A stretch of DNA of 64,000 nt from Zygnema circumcarinatum SAG 698-1b. Lineage: Eukaryota > Plantae > Zygnematophyceae. This document shows, one piece after another, positions 16,601 through 29,074 of the stretch (its first letter is position 1; every line of letters starts with the position of its first letter). The translations under genes and the position numbers were made by a program. The notes below the pieces were generated by a model, which saw only the letters and a list, made by a program, of their open reading frames with translations, was not told the origin of the DNA and did not search any database. The stretch covers positions 1,302,001 through 1,366,000 of the forward strand of contig CM074817.1 of NCBI GenBank assembly GCA_037447605.1. The letters run 5' to 3'.

Positions 16601-16758
16601 CCATCCATCCATCCATCCGTGCATCCATCCATCCGTGCATCCGTCCATCCGTGCATTCATCCATCCATCCATCCATCCATCCATGCATGCATCCATCCAT
16701 CCATCCATGCATCCATCCCATCCATGCATGCATGCATCCATCCATCCATCCATGCATG
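16601..16758 (+). repeat. (CCAT)n microsatellite interrupted by GCAT units
   Basis: Read directly. It produces the spurious MDGW and HPSI ORFs. Confidence 0.95.
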
Positions 16759-17815
16759 CCCTTTAGCTCTAAGGAAGTCGTAGGAACCACTGCCTGCCAC
16801 GTGGCGAGTTTGGGCATAACCTATTGCCATGTGGCACTGGCGTCTTATTACTGGAGAGGATCCCGTCCCCCTCCCTGCCCCTTTCCCCTAGCCAGTTTCA
16901 AACCGCTCCCGAATTTTCCCAAACCTGAAGTGAACCAAGTTTGCAACTTGGGCGAGAAACTGGAAAACTAAGAAACTAGCGCATGGAAATGGACCCTAGA
17001 GCCTGAAACTAATTTTTAACTGCTAACGGGTTTATCCCTTTAACGGTCCATATAGCTTTCGTACGCTCAAGTGCGTACGACGCTGACGGCAAGGTTCATT
17101 TTCTCGCGCACGCCAAAACTGGTCAGCGAGTCCGTACATATGTTCGTACGAAATTGTCGTCATCGGTCATGTCACGCGGCACATAAAGCCTTCGTACGGT
17201 CGACGCAGGTGCTGCGAAGGCTCCGCGGGTGACTTCGCCGGCACGTTTCGGCGGCGCCTTCAAAACAAGGAAAAGTATCGCAATCGGAGGATGGAGGTTG
17301 CGATTTTGAGGTTCATGTAAACTGTTTGAGGACGGTAAAAGGACACTAGTACTATTTGACTGCTGAAGTTACGGACGGAGACCGTCCGCGGGGAGACGCG
17401 TTTCAAACTTGACCGGGAGTAGGAACTTTTGGGGGAACATCTTTATGGATCATTTTTAGGAAAACAAAACCCTCGTTTTATATTTTATAATTGGTCCATC
17501 CCTTGAGACTGCGTCTCACGAATCGTACGGTAGGAAATTTTGGGGGACATTTTTACGGCTCATTTGTCGATATTAAAAAAAAAAAAAACAATGTCCATAA
17601 AAAACTCCATATTTTGAATTCATATCTGGCCCGCCTCTTGACTCTCAAAAAGGTTGTCCTGGCAAACCTCTGCGTGGAGGGAGAGAGGAAGAGCGCGAGA
17701 GTGAGCGAGCGAGAGAGAGGGAGAGCGAGAGAGTAAGATCGAGGGAGAGCGAGAGGCTGCTGAAGAGGAGGCAGAGGCAGTGCAGAGGAAGTTGCGCAAG
17801 CAGAGGGGTATCAAG

Positions 17816-18160
17816 ATGAGGATAGTGGTGGAGCAAGTGGGAGGAGGGAGGGGGAGAGAAGAGGAGAGACTGCTGCATTCAAGCTTGAACAGAGTGTTAA
17901 ATTACGCGACAGAAGTGCTATGGGGTGAACAGTCGTGGCAGCCGAAGCAGACGATTTTCGTTGCGGTTTCAGCTCTCTTCATTTGTTTATTAATAAGTGG
18001 AGTGGCTTGGCAGCTTATTTCAGGCGCTCGTTTTGTAAAGAGTAATTGGCACGGACATTGGAGGAGAAAATACGAGAGAATAAAGGAGCTTCAGGAGGAG
18101 GAAGAGGCGAAAGAACGGGACTGCATTCCTATAAAAGTGAACGACATCATTTTCTGCTGA
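17816..18160 (+). CDS. Possible small single-pass membrane protein, 114 aa, no recognised family
   Basis: Intronless ORF with one hydrophobic stretch (TIFVAVSALFICLLISGVAWQLI) followed by basic (HWRRKYERIK) and then acidic residues. It is preceded by a GA-rich 5'UTR-like tract. No homology recognised. Confidence 0.35.
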   Translation: MRIVVEQVGGGRGREEERLLHSSLNRVLNYATEVLWGEQSWQPKQTIFVAVSALFICLLISGVAWQLISGARFVKSNWHGHWRRKYERIKELQEEEEAKERDCIPIKVNDIIFC

Positions 18161-19296
18161 TGAGGAGCCTTGAAACTTCTTCTTGCCTCAGGCCTTGATG
18201 GCCGGCATCCAGATACGGCCGCATCATCCTCGCAAGTGCTCAATGAGAATCGTCCGTATAACGTGCAACAAGCGGAACCAGATAACAGCAGGCAACGAGA
18301 AATTTAATATCTGTTACCGCTGGTGCTGCTTACTGCTTTTGCGGCAAAGAAATGCCAAGAATGGCGGATTGGCTTACTACTGCCCATTCGAAGCAGTTAT
18401 CTGCACGGCAGGCTTCATCTGATTCGTCAAGAGACACGCCTTCACCGCATCTTTGGAGTAGTTTCAAGACTGCATGCGCCTCGGCATCTTCCAAGTCAGT
18501 CAGCTGAAGTTCCCGAAGAAAGCTGCACAATGTTACCTGTTCGTGGAAAGCCACAAATGGCTGATAGTATCTTTTAAAGGATCGCCTTTGGTCCTCGCTT
18601 TGCTCTTGTAGCCCTGAGAAAAAGCCTTTAGGGACCAGTAGTAAGCCCCATAACCATAATTTATGAATTACTGTTTACACGGACACTTCTGGTAGGCGCC
18701 TTGGAATTTGATGCCATTATATGTCTAAAGAGACGTTCAGCTTAAACAAGCTTTAGGAAAATAAGTAGCGATTAATTAGCTGCAAAGGAGTAAGCAGAGC
18801 CAATGTCGGTTCGTCGATTGATTCTTGCCATTTGTTTACCCACCAAAGTTAACAAGCAATGCCGATATTATCGGATAAAAAGTCCCATTCTTTTACCCCT
18901 TTCGCGTAATGCAATGGATGCTTTGACTACTTGTCTGCCTGACTCACCAAACACATTGCACACAATGGGGCTCGTGCAAAAAACCAAGATACTGAGGCAA
19001 CATCAGATTCTCTACTAACAAAACGTGGCCAATCCATGGCATTGCCTACCCCTCCTTTTAAAAGTATCTCAGCCAGTTCTTCCTTCCAATGCCCCTGCAC
19101 AAACCAGTTCGTCAACTCCAAAAAACCTCTGCCGACAAACATTGTTCGCTCCAGAAACGACCGTATATACAACTCCTTTCTCAAAAAAAGGACTGGAAAA
19201 GCATTTGTCCGGTTCATCTACTGTACAAAACCCACAAAGCTGCATGTGATGCCCAGACTTAGTCTCATCCGCAACCCAGCAGCGGCCCCCATCTTC

Positions 19297-22200
19297 CTAC
19301 ACGCGGCGATAGGCGGTGTGCTTTGGAGCCTCGGGAGGAGCGTGCTCGGCCTCGACGACGACCTCCTCCACGACCGTAACGACGGGGACATTGGCCTCGC
19401 CCTCCTCCCTCTTCCCGCTCGCATACTCGGCCGTCTTGCTCCAAGCCTGCACGCGCATGTGCACAATTTCACATCCTCCTTGCATACATAGCATTTTGGC
19501 CATGCCATGCCCCATGCCCCATGCCATGACCCATACCATGCGCCCCATGCCATGCCCCATGCCATGCCCCCCATGCCATGCCCCATGCCACGCTAGGGCA
19601 TACAAACAGCCGCACGTAGTCATGCCGCAGTCAACCGTTCTGTTCTACGCTCGTTTCTTTGCACAGAGCAATTCGCAGTTGAGACTCAAACAGCCAATCC
19701 GAGCACGCCACGTGGCGAGGGCTATGGAAAAATCACCGCCCCGGCTGCTCTGCCCGTCCGATCGAGCCCTTCGGCGGCCGTCTCCTTGGCGGTCTGCGCC
19801 GCTCCCGCGACTCGATCCGCGGACCTGTCCCTTATCGCCCTCGCCCTCTCGATCATCTCCTCGGCGGTCTGCAACGCTCTCTCCCTCAACTCTTCGAGCC
19901 TCTGCGTCATGTCTTCCACTGTCTCCGATGCCTTTTCTGCAACGGCTGAAGTTGTTTCCTGGGCTTTCTCGATAATACCCTACGATGTCAGCAAAGGGAG
20001 TGGAAGGAGAGGAAGGAGAGGGGAGGGGAGGGAGTGAGCTGCTCAATTCTTTTGCTTTTTTGACCCTAGAATGTGATGTGAAAACAGAGTGAAGCCAAAA
20101 AACAATAGAATCCAGTAAACGATATATTTTCATTTTAATCACAGGTCATATTTGTTACATAAGAAATTGGTGGGTTAGGTTCAGCATCAACGTGAAAAGA
20201 ACCATCCGCTTGAAAGCATAACCCCCTATCATGAGCGCAGATAAACAAGTGAGTTAAAGGATAACCATAACCAGGTCTGATTAGCAGACTCACCTGTTGG
20301 GTCTCCTTCGTCTTCTCAGCCGTCTGCTTTACTCCCTCCTTCACAGACTCCGTTGTTTGCGACGAATATTCCACACCTCTGTCCTTTAAATCCTTAGCCT
20401 TCTCTGTTGCTTGTTCGCCCGCCGCCTTTGTATTCTCTTTGCCTTCTTCCGCGGTGCCTCTCAGTGCTGCAGGAACTTCTGGAGTTTTTGAAGCTTTCGT
20501 CTCCTCGGCCTTTACAAGGTAGTCCCCATAAAGAGAGAGAGCAGATTACATGAGATTCAGAGGCAACAAAATGGTACACATCGGCTGCTATTCATAGAAG
20601 CCTTCACAGACAACTGCTATCTGCGAAAGGTTTCATTGTACAAATAGTGTTTTGGATTGTTAAGCAACAATTGAAGCCTTCTCTGAACAATAACCAAGGA
20701 AAATCCGTTGCAAAAAGGAGACATGCTCACAGGTAAATGAAGAGGAGGAAGGGCAATGAGAAACCATTACTGGTTATCGACATCCAGCTATTAACAAACC
20801 CGAAGGTCAAAACCATGTTTTCATTCATGTTATTGTCACGGGCCAGCTACCATTGTAGTATAAGCCTAATTACTCTTCATATCCTCTTTCTTACAGTCCA
20901 AAAGACTTCTATCTTCCAACTTCCAGCAAGGAGGTTAGCTGCAAATCTAGGAGTCTCCTTACAAACCGAAACCATGTCAATAGCGAGAACGGGGCCAGTG
21001 AACATGGAAACGATGTACTGCGTCTGGTTTTGAGCTGTCTCCCTTCTGCACCTTTTGAAGAGCACGTCGATGTTCCTCGTCCATCTCATGATGATGCTCG
21101 TGCCCAACGCCCACCATTTCCTTTGTCCTTTCCCATACCTGCCACCATAACACCCGATTACTTTCGCTCGGTTCCAGTTTCCTGTGCAAGCTTAATCATT
21201 CTCCTGAATTCAGGAATTGGAGTGGGAAGAAACTCCTGAACCTGTGTTCGGCTCACAGAATGCTTCCACCTGTTTCAGGAAAGAGACGTTACCTGCTGTA
21301 ACACGTTGCCGGTATGCTCTTGTGTCTGCTGAGCCGTCTGCTTCGCCTTTTCAGAAGCCTGCTCTGCTTTCTCTTTGCCACTAGATGCCATTTCTTTCGA
21401 CTTCTCCTTTGCCTCCTCTGTCATCTTGCTTACTCCTTCCGACGCTGACTTTGCCTTCTCTTTGGCTTTTTCTTTCGTTTCATGAGTCTTCTGTTTTGCT
21501 GCTTCGGCAGCTTTGGCACTTTCCTCACGAGTCGCCTGAGACATCTCACTCGCCTTCTCCTTTACACCTTCCTTGGTTTCTTGTGCTTTCTGCTTTGCAG
21601 CTTCGATACCCTCTGCTCCTTTCTCATCTGCTGAGATTGCAGAGACTTTACCCTGCCAACCCGCGATTTTTGAAGTCAGAACATGACTAATTCAGACATC
21701 CATGGATCGGCCGATTGTTATTGACTTGTATGACCACTGAATGAATTAGATTCATCATCATCTTCAAGTCTTGACCATTAAATTTTCCGTACGACACATG
21801 CTCCTTTCAGGCCAACCTTTAATACAGAACGACAACAGATTTCGTGACGAAAATAAAAGTTATCTGAATGAGTATGATACTTCGCCTGATGCAGGGCGTT
21901 CTTCTTGAGGCTTTTGAACTGTTGCATGGCGATGCGCCTCCTCGTGGTGATGCTCGTGTCCACCAGCTCCCACTACCCCTTTGGCCATCTCCCACACCTG
22001 CAGTGTAAAGCAACATCAAACACTGAAAACAGGAAGCAATAGTTCTCTCTTCACTCACCATAATCCCTTAATTCATAAGAATTGCATTCATGCATCCCTC
22101 AAGAGTTTTGAGGCTGAACTCGAGGAACAAACACTTTTCATACTTCATCGAAACGAAATTGCTCCTAGAACAGATAAATAAGAGGAAGTCGACGAAACAG

Positions 22201-23920
22201 AAGCGTACATGCTGGAGCATGCCACCAGTATGTTCTTGTGTCTGCTGAGCTGTTTTCTTCGCCTTATCAGATGTCTGCTCCGCCTTCTCCTTGATACCCT
22301 CAGCCGTTTCCTTCGACTTCTCCTTCGCCTCGTCAGTCTTTTGACTCACTCCTTCCTTCGCCGACTGTGCCTTCTCCTTCAATTTCTCCTTCGCTTCATA
22401 CACTTTCTGCTTTGCTCCTTCAGAAATCTCTCCTCCCTCCTCACGAGGAGCTTGAGCCTTCTCATTCGCCTCCCTTCCTTTAGCTTTCGCCCTCTCTTCT
22501 GCACCTTCCTTCAATTCTCGCGCCTTCTGCCCTGCTGCTTCAGCACTCTCTTCTCCTCCCTTATGGATTGGCGTCACAGCTGCCTTACTCTGTTCAAACA
22601 GGAAACCCCAAACGACCGTTGATGAAACAAAAATGTTTCTCATTCGTGCACAGTTTGAGAAAAAACGATGACCCTTCTACTGCTCTTGATTTCTCGAGCT
22701 GACGATGAAAACAAAACATTACGTTGAAAAATTAACTCAAATGAAGAAATCATTGACAGCTGTACTACCCTACTGTCACAAAAACATCAGATCGAACACT
22801 GTCAATTGGTCGCCAAGCAAAAGAGCCATTACCTTCTCTTCCTCGTGATGCTCGGTCCCACCGAAACCAACAAGCTCCTGAACTTTGTGGACCACCTGAG
22901 AGCATGAGATAAAGTCCTCAATGTTAAACTTGACAAACTGAGAGAAGCGACATGGTAATGAGATTTTAATAATTCATGGTATCGGGAAACATATTGTTTC
23001 GTAGGTTCGCACAGGGCCTGAATAGACCTGTTGGAAGACTCCACCGGCCTGCTCTCGCGTCTCCTCTGCTCTTCCTTTCACAGCCTCCGCAGTATCTGAT
23101 GCGCACTCTAAAGTTTTGTCCTTCAACTCTTTCGTTTTCTCCTTTGTCGCATCAGCCGTTTCCCTACTCTTCTCTTTTGCGGCCTCTGCTTGTTCTTTCA
23201 TGGCTTCAACCGTCTCTCCGGTCTTCTGCTTTGCAGACTCCGTCATGTCTTTCGCCTTTTCGGAGGCTTCTTGTAATCTTTGTTGCGATGCCTCTTTTGC
23301 CTCGGAGGCCTTTTCTTTCGTAGAAGACACAATTTCTGACGACTTCTCTGCGGCTGCATCCTTGGTTTCCGCTGCCTTCTCTTTTGCCGCCTCTGCAGTT
23401 TCGCTCAACTTATCTCCCGCAGCCTTCGCTGTCCCCTTCGCTCTCTCAGTAGCTTCTTGAACCTTCTGCTTCGCAGATTTGTTTGCCTCAGACACTTTCT
23501 GAGCCGCTGATGAAGCAGTTTCTGCGGTCTTGTTTTGAACAGCCGCGGCTTTCTCCTTTGCAGTCGCCACACCATGTCCGACTCTCTCCCCAGCTTCTTG
23601 CCCCGTTCGCTTCCAAGCTTCCACCGTCTCCTTCCTTTCGTTAGACCGCGCTGGAGCGTCTTTTGCCGTCTCGCTCTGCCCTCAAAACAAAGCGTTGAAC
23701 CGTCAGCGTTTAATTTTGCCACCTTTGTCGCAGCCTCACAAACTCATGTATAGCAGACTTCAGAAAAAAAAAAAAAACCCCACTCGTGATATGTATATGA
23801 GATAAATTACGATACCTTGCGTTCTCCTTCACGCGCTTGAACGTCCTCTTCATTAGCTTGACGATCTTCCAGATTCTCGACAAGCCCCTGTTCCGGATAT
23901 TTCCTCTCTTGCTGCGCCAT
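19297..23920 (-). CDS. Large modular LEA-like (group 3-like) hydrophilin, 800 aa; 10 exons (23920-23816, 23675-23028, 22895-22833, 22589-22209, 21997-21881, 21652-21293, 21138-21019, 20509-20294, 19979-19737, 19446-19297)
   Basis: Every exon length is a multiple of 3 and every intron is GT-AG. The protein is A/E/K/T/Q-rich with group-3 LEA-type 11-mers (TAEAAKEKAAE, TKDAAAEKSSE). The exon 9-10 junction is the least certain, since an in-frame TAG at 19722 is an alternative end. Confidence 0.85.
19495..19592 (+). repeat. Degenerate (GCC[C]CAT)n array in the last intron of the LEA-like gene
   Basis: More than 12 units of CATGC/CCCATG, read directly. Confidence 0.8.
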
Positions 23921-24760
23921 AGCTCTCAGTTGCAACAAAGTTCCAAACTGGCAGAATAGATGAAGATTAGGTCCACTTCAAGATTATCTTCCCAAGATTA
24001 TCAAGATTATCAGCCTCTGCTCTGCTTTTGGTGCTCCGCTTATTATCCACGGCAAGCTACCCTCTGCACGCCGAATTCCGCAACCGAAAATAGCTCCTAT
24101 TTGAGCCTTCCAGAAGCCTCCAGGGGTGGCTGCAAGAAGGCCCATGCGGATGCAGGAGTGGGCCATGCAAGACAGCCGGCTAAATGAAATGTTTTTTTTT
24201 CCAACATTGGCAAAAAAACAGAAGAAATCGAACCAAACAAAATTCTTACAAAAAAAAATAACATTTTCTACCAAAGTTCCGTCTCATTTCTGCTCCCGAT
24301 TGGATTTGCGATTTTAAAACTTCCGGCGACGTAAAAAAAATAAGAGCTGGATGGCATTGTTAGAAGCTGAAGGAAATATTTACGTCCTGAGACGGGAAAT
24401 TTTGTAGGGCCGGCAAAGGAAAGTCGATGCACGTGTTTGCAGGCGGCGCTCATGCAGAAGTGTTTATTTGTCAGCAACGAGGGGGCATGAAGGCCACTTG
24501 TAAAGCGCTGCTTCCTCCGGGCAGCCTCCGCCTGCTTCTACCAAAACGCGAGCGCTTGACAAAACGCTAGCAACACCGCCTTTTTAGCCTTTGCATGTGA
24601 AGGATGTTGTCTCTTTCCTGCCATACTTGGAGAGCACGGTGTCTTTTCTGAGTCTCGGAACCTTGCGTCGGCAGGGAAGTCTAAGCATTCGTTGAAAGCC
24701 GTGTCAACGAAAGCTCATTCCTCGACTTTCCAAGATATACATACATAGGCTTTTGCTGCC

Positions 24761-26132
24761 ATGTCGCAAGGCCACACCAAGTCAGATCCTGCACGAAAAG
24801 ACCACTGGAAAATGGCTGAGCAGGGCCAAGAAACTGAGCACTTGACGGACCTTACGGGAGGCCAAGATTATCAGCACCAAGATACGCAAGAAACTCAGTA
24901 TCCAACTGGCACTGGAGCAGGCCGGGACTTTCAACACGGATATAAGCGAGAAGCTGATTTCTTAGCGGATACATCCGCACCTCGTGCTCGTCAAGTTAAG
25001 GAAGAACCTGAAAATCCAATTGGCGTGGCAGCAGGCCGAGACAAACAGCATCACGATCGTCACGTGCAAGATTTCAAGGTTTTCATTCTTTCTGACGCAC
25101 TGAACCAAATGCACTCTAATTTTAGAGAGGATGATAATTATCTTTGATTAAGTTTTGCATGCTTGGGATTGAGTTACAGGTCCGTTGACATAACATGTTG
25201 TGCTAGTTATGCTGCAATGCTGCGAAATTGGCATTCATGCTACTTGGAATGTATTTTGGGTCAAGCAGGGGCATGGAACTTTCGAAGGGAAAACTGGGGC
25301 CGTTCAAACAGCGAAGGAAGAAGATAAGGAAGAACCTGAATATCCAATTGGCGTGGCAGGAGGCCGAAAACAGCATCACGATCGTCACGTGGAAGATTTC
25401 AAGGTTTTTCTTTCTTTTTGACGCACTGAACCAAAACGCACTATAATTTTAGATAGGATGATAATTATCTTTGATTAAGTTTTGCATGCTTGGGATTGAG
25501 TCGCATGCTTGGGATTTAGTCACATGCTTGGGATTTAGTCACAGGTCCGTCAGAATAACATGTTGTGCTAGTTATGCTGCAATGCTGCGAAATTGTATTT
25601 ATGCTAATTGGAATGTGTTTTGGGTTAAGCAGGGGCATGGAACTTTCGAAGGGGAAACTGAGGCCGTTCAAACAGCGAAGGAGAATACCAAAGAGGAAGA
25701 GAATGTATCTAAAGAGAAGATGAAGCGAACAGAGGGCAATACGGAAGGTCAAGCAAATCACACTAAAGTGGCGGTGAAGGGAAAGGCTGCGGAGACGAAA
25801 GAGAGAACTGGCAACTTCTTCCGACGGGTAATGTTGCGAGCTCACTGTTAATGTCCTATATGCCCAAAGGTGGTCGTCTGGTTTGATGGTTTTCTGACCT
25901 ACCTGCTTTTCATCATGGCCAGGGTTGGGAGAAAGTAAAGGAGCTGGTCGGTACCAAGCCGCGAGAACTTGCTGGAAACAGGACCAGTCACAACCGCAAT
26001 ACGCAGAGTGGAGTTGATATTGATCCCTTCCCTCCAAGGAAAAAAGGAGGAGATGATGCCCAACCCTCGTCTCAACAGCCACCAAGAAATCCGAACGTTG
26101 CTGGAATTGATCGTTCTCAAGTGGTCATTTAG
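24761..26132 (+). CDS. Hydrophilin/LEA-like protein, 285 aa; 4 phase-0 exons (24761-25078, 25269-25403, 25633-25827, 25923-26132)
   Basis: GT-AG introns give a continuous, highly hydrophilic Q/E/H/G-rich protein. The junction ETKERTGNFFRR|GWEKVKELVG resembles the junctions of the neighbouring 800-aa gene. Confidence 0.78.
24995..25682 (+). repeat. About 330-360-bp tandem duplication (exon end + intron + exon start) inside the 285-aa gene
   Basis: AAGGAAGAACCTGAA...GATTTCAAG|GT...AAGCAG|GGGCATGGAACTTTCGAAGGG...CAAACAGCGAAGGA occurs twice, with the intron sequence still highly similar. Confidence 0.92.
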
Positions 26133-29074
26133 CATCTTACCACTAAGGTTTGAGGCAACGTTTGTAGCAGATAGGGAACCGGCCACGCTTGACATTTGAT
26201 CTGTAGGACATCTGATGCAGCTGATTTTGTGGAAAGACAGTCAGCTTCAAGGCTCGGCAAGACTTCTCTTTAATGGAAATGGCATTGAGAGTTGTTTTCC
26301 TGTCGAATGAAGCTGGAACAGATTCTGTCGTGCTCCTGCATGGTCTCCAGTTCAAAGATGCTCCGATGACGATGGGTGTTGCTAGTACCTGCTGCATGGC
26401 TCGCTCATCCTTTCAACATATATTCGTATGGTTTGATGCATGCTTCCGGTTTATCGAAAGTGACACTAACTGCAACGTGAATGCGAGGATGAAAATCATG
26501 TGTCGTCGTTCTTCCGTTTATGAAGAACAGACTTGTCAAGGAGGGATATATGCACTTCTGACTTGTCAATTTTATTAGACTGCTTCTGAAAAAAGTATGG
26601 CATTCATTTGCTCAGTTCTTTGGTTCTTCAACACTCCTTATCCTTCTTTAACGGAGATACATCACCAATGTTTTCTGACAATTGCAAATGCTAGATTGAA
26701 TTAACACTTGCTTGGAAAAGTTTAGGACGTTGATTTGGATGGTTCGTCCACTGTTTCCATTGCATCCAATGGTTGCCAACCATTGCCAGGCAACCATTGG
26801 CGATGGTTGGCAGCCATTGCACTCAAGGGCTCTCTCCCTGTCGCCGTCCCTCTTCCTCCCCTTGGCCAGACCCAAGCTTGAGCCGCCCCATGCGACCGCC
26901 TTCCAACTCTGGTTGGAAAACGACCTGAATTGGGCGCGCTGGGTTCGCAACTCCACATTGGAAGCCGAATTCTCCCACAATTCCTACTGCAAAAATGAAT
27001 ACTTTAATAAATTCCAGTTTGAAGCATTATCTAGTACGACTATACTTGAACAGGATCTGTTCTATAGTTCGTACACTCGTTTGTGTTCTCCAACACAGAC
27101 AAACTCCGACGCTCGGATGACGAGTCGAGCCCCCCGCCCCTGAGCGCGAATGCCGCGGTCGCCTGCCGCTTGCCGGCTGGCGCCGCCCGATGACCGTCCT
27201 GCCGCGCCACCGGCCGGCAGTTGACGGGGCGGGGGCGTTCCGACGGGCCCCTACCACACCCCTTTTGTGCTGGCCTCTATCCTCCATGCTTTTCGTGTTG
27301 TTGTTGTTCAACATGGGATTTCATAGTCCACTCATGCAATGTTGTGCAATAGCTTTTAGCACATTGGGTATGCATGTATGGAGGGAAGGAAGGAGAAGAG
27401 CAGGGAAAGAGTTTTGGGAACAAAAATCCCTAGGAGAAACTTAGCAGCTTGAAAATAGACAGTTAAAATGCAAGCAACACATGCACAATATTGCAATGTT
27501 CGACCAGAATGTTCGAAGCTTCAAGCATGGGAAGGGAAGGTGGTGACTTGCATGCACAACAAGAAGAAGATGCATTGGCTGTTGGCAGGCACTTCTAGAG
27601 ACTTGTGGAGTCATCCATCCATGAGTCTCATGAACAATGTGTGCACTCCCTCTCCAACAGTGGAACTGAGCACCTTCTTCAGTCTGAAGTCTCAGTATGT
27701 CCTCCACGAGCTCTGAAAAGTATCTCAAAGTATCTCGCCTTCTTAAATTTCTCTCTGCTGAGGTCTGCTTACTTGGCAAACCTCGAGGACAGTTAAGGGA
27801 GGAGGCGAGATAATTGTATCACGCACGCATATCTCGAGGACGGAGACGAAATTCAGTTCAGTTAGTTGCTCTGGTGTTGAATTGCGGAGGAGCGATGCAA
27901 GCAATTCCCAGTCGTATGATATCGCCTGCTGCTGTCCAGAGGCAGCACGGAGTGGTATGTTTTCGAAGAATTCTGAAACTGGAAATTGCTGTCACATGTT
28001 GTGTCACAAACGGGAATTTCAGCTCCTATTCGGGTGTTTACACCATGAGATACTGTTTTGCTGGAGGCTGTTGAGACAGTATCCTGTCAGTGAAGTATCT
28101 CCCTTGTCAAGGAAACAGGGACCTTCGCATTCATACAGCTGAGATATGTCTATAGAGTGATGCGAACCAGTCTGCACAGGGTCTTTTCGCAATTTTTAAC
28201 ACCTGTACATTTTTTTGGTCCGCTTCTTCCCTTGTGGAGGTCCCTGTACAAGTGATAAACCTCCCTAACCAGCATATCCGTTACGAGTAGACAGTAGAAT
28301 TGCAGAAGTGGTTTTGGCTTATTCACTTATTGAGTGCTTTGCAAGAAGAAAAAGCAACAATATTGCGCCAATACAAAAAAAGAAATTATCTCTTTTGTTC
28401 CTTGGAGATTAAAAACACAAAGAAGAAGAGCCCTTCTCTCCTTCCATGGAGGAAAAATACTATCTATTTATATTGAAGCTTACAAACTGTCCTTTGTTTG
28501 TCGATGATGCCCAAGAGCTGTCATATTCTGTATCAATAAGGCGCTTATTTTCGACGATAGACTACTTAAAAAAAAAAGAAAATGGAATCACATTCCATTG
28601 TTGCAACCTCGTGCCTTGTTTTACATAAATAGTTCTTTCTGTGTTCAGACGGAATGAAGCCATTCTTTTGCAGATTAGGTTATGTCTCTGTATGACTGCT
28701 ATATCTATGTAACTATAACTAATTAAATATGGTGTAGCTTCGGTGCCTTTCCTTAACTTGGGAATTTGAATACCATGGGTCAGTATTCTTCATTCATTTG
28801 CACGTTGAGGAAAGTGCTTACGATTAATTTCTTCTAGTAAACCTTTCTCTTTTTGCGGCGAGACTAACTGATATATATGTGCATAGTCACGTGTAGTCGG
28901 TCTCTCTGCAGTTCATCTGGAGGTGTTTTGGAACTTTAAAGCTTTCCGAATTTATTTACCTGTTTTGGATTGCTGTTCAAGATGCCGCTCGAAGTTGACG
29001 TGTAGAAGTAAACACCCTCGTTGTGTTGCATTGCCTGCATGTGATGATTGGAAAATATGCTTTTTGCCTTTCAG

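Noticed and set aside
16472-16971. MDGW/HPSI repeat ORFs
   Set aside because: These are translations of the (CCAT)n microsatellite.
19316-23460. Plus-strand ORFs of 100-219 aa opposite the LEA-like gene
   Set aside because: These are antisense shadows of repetitive, stop-poor coding exons.
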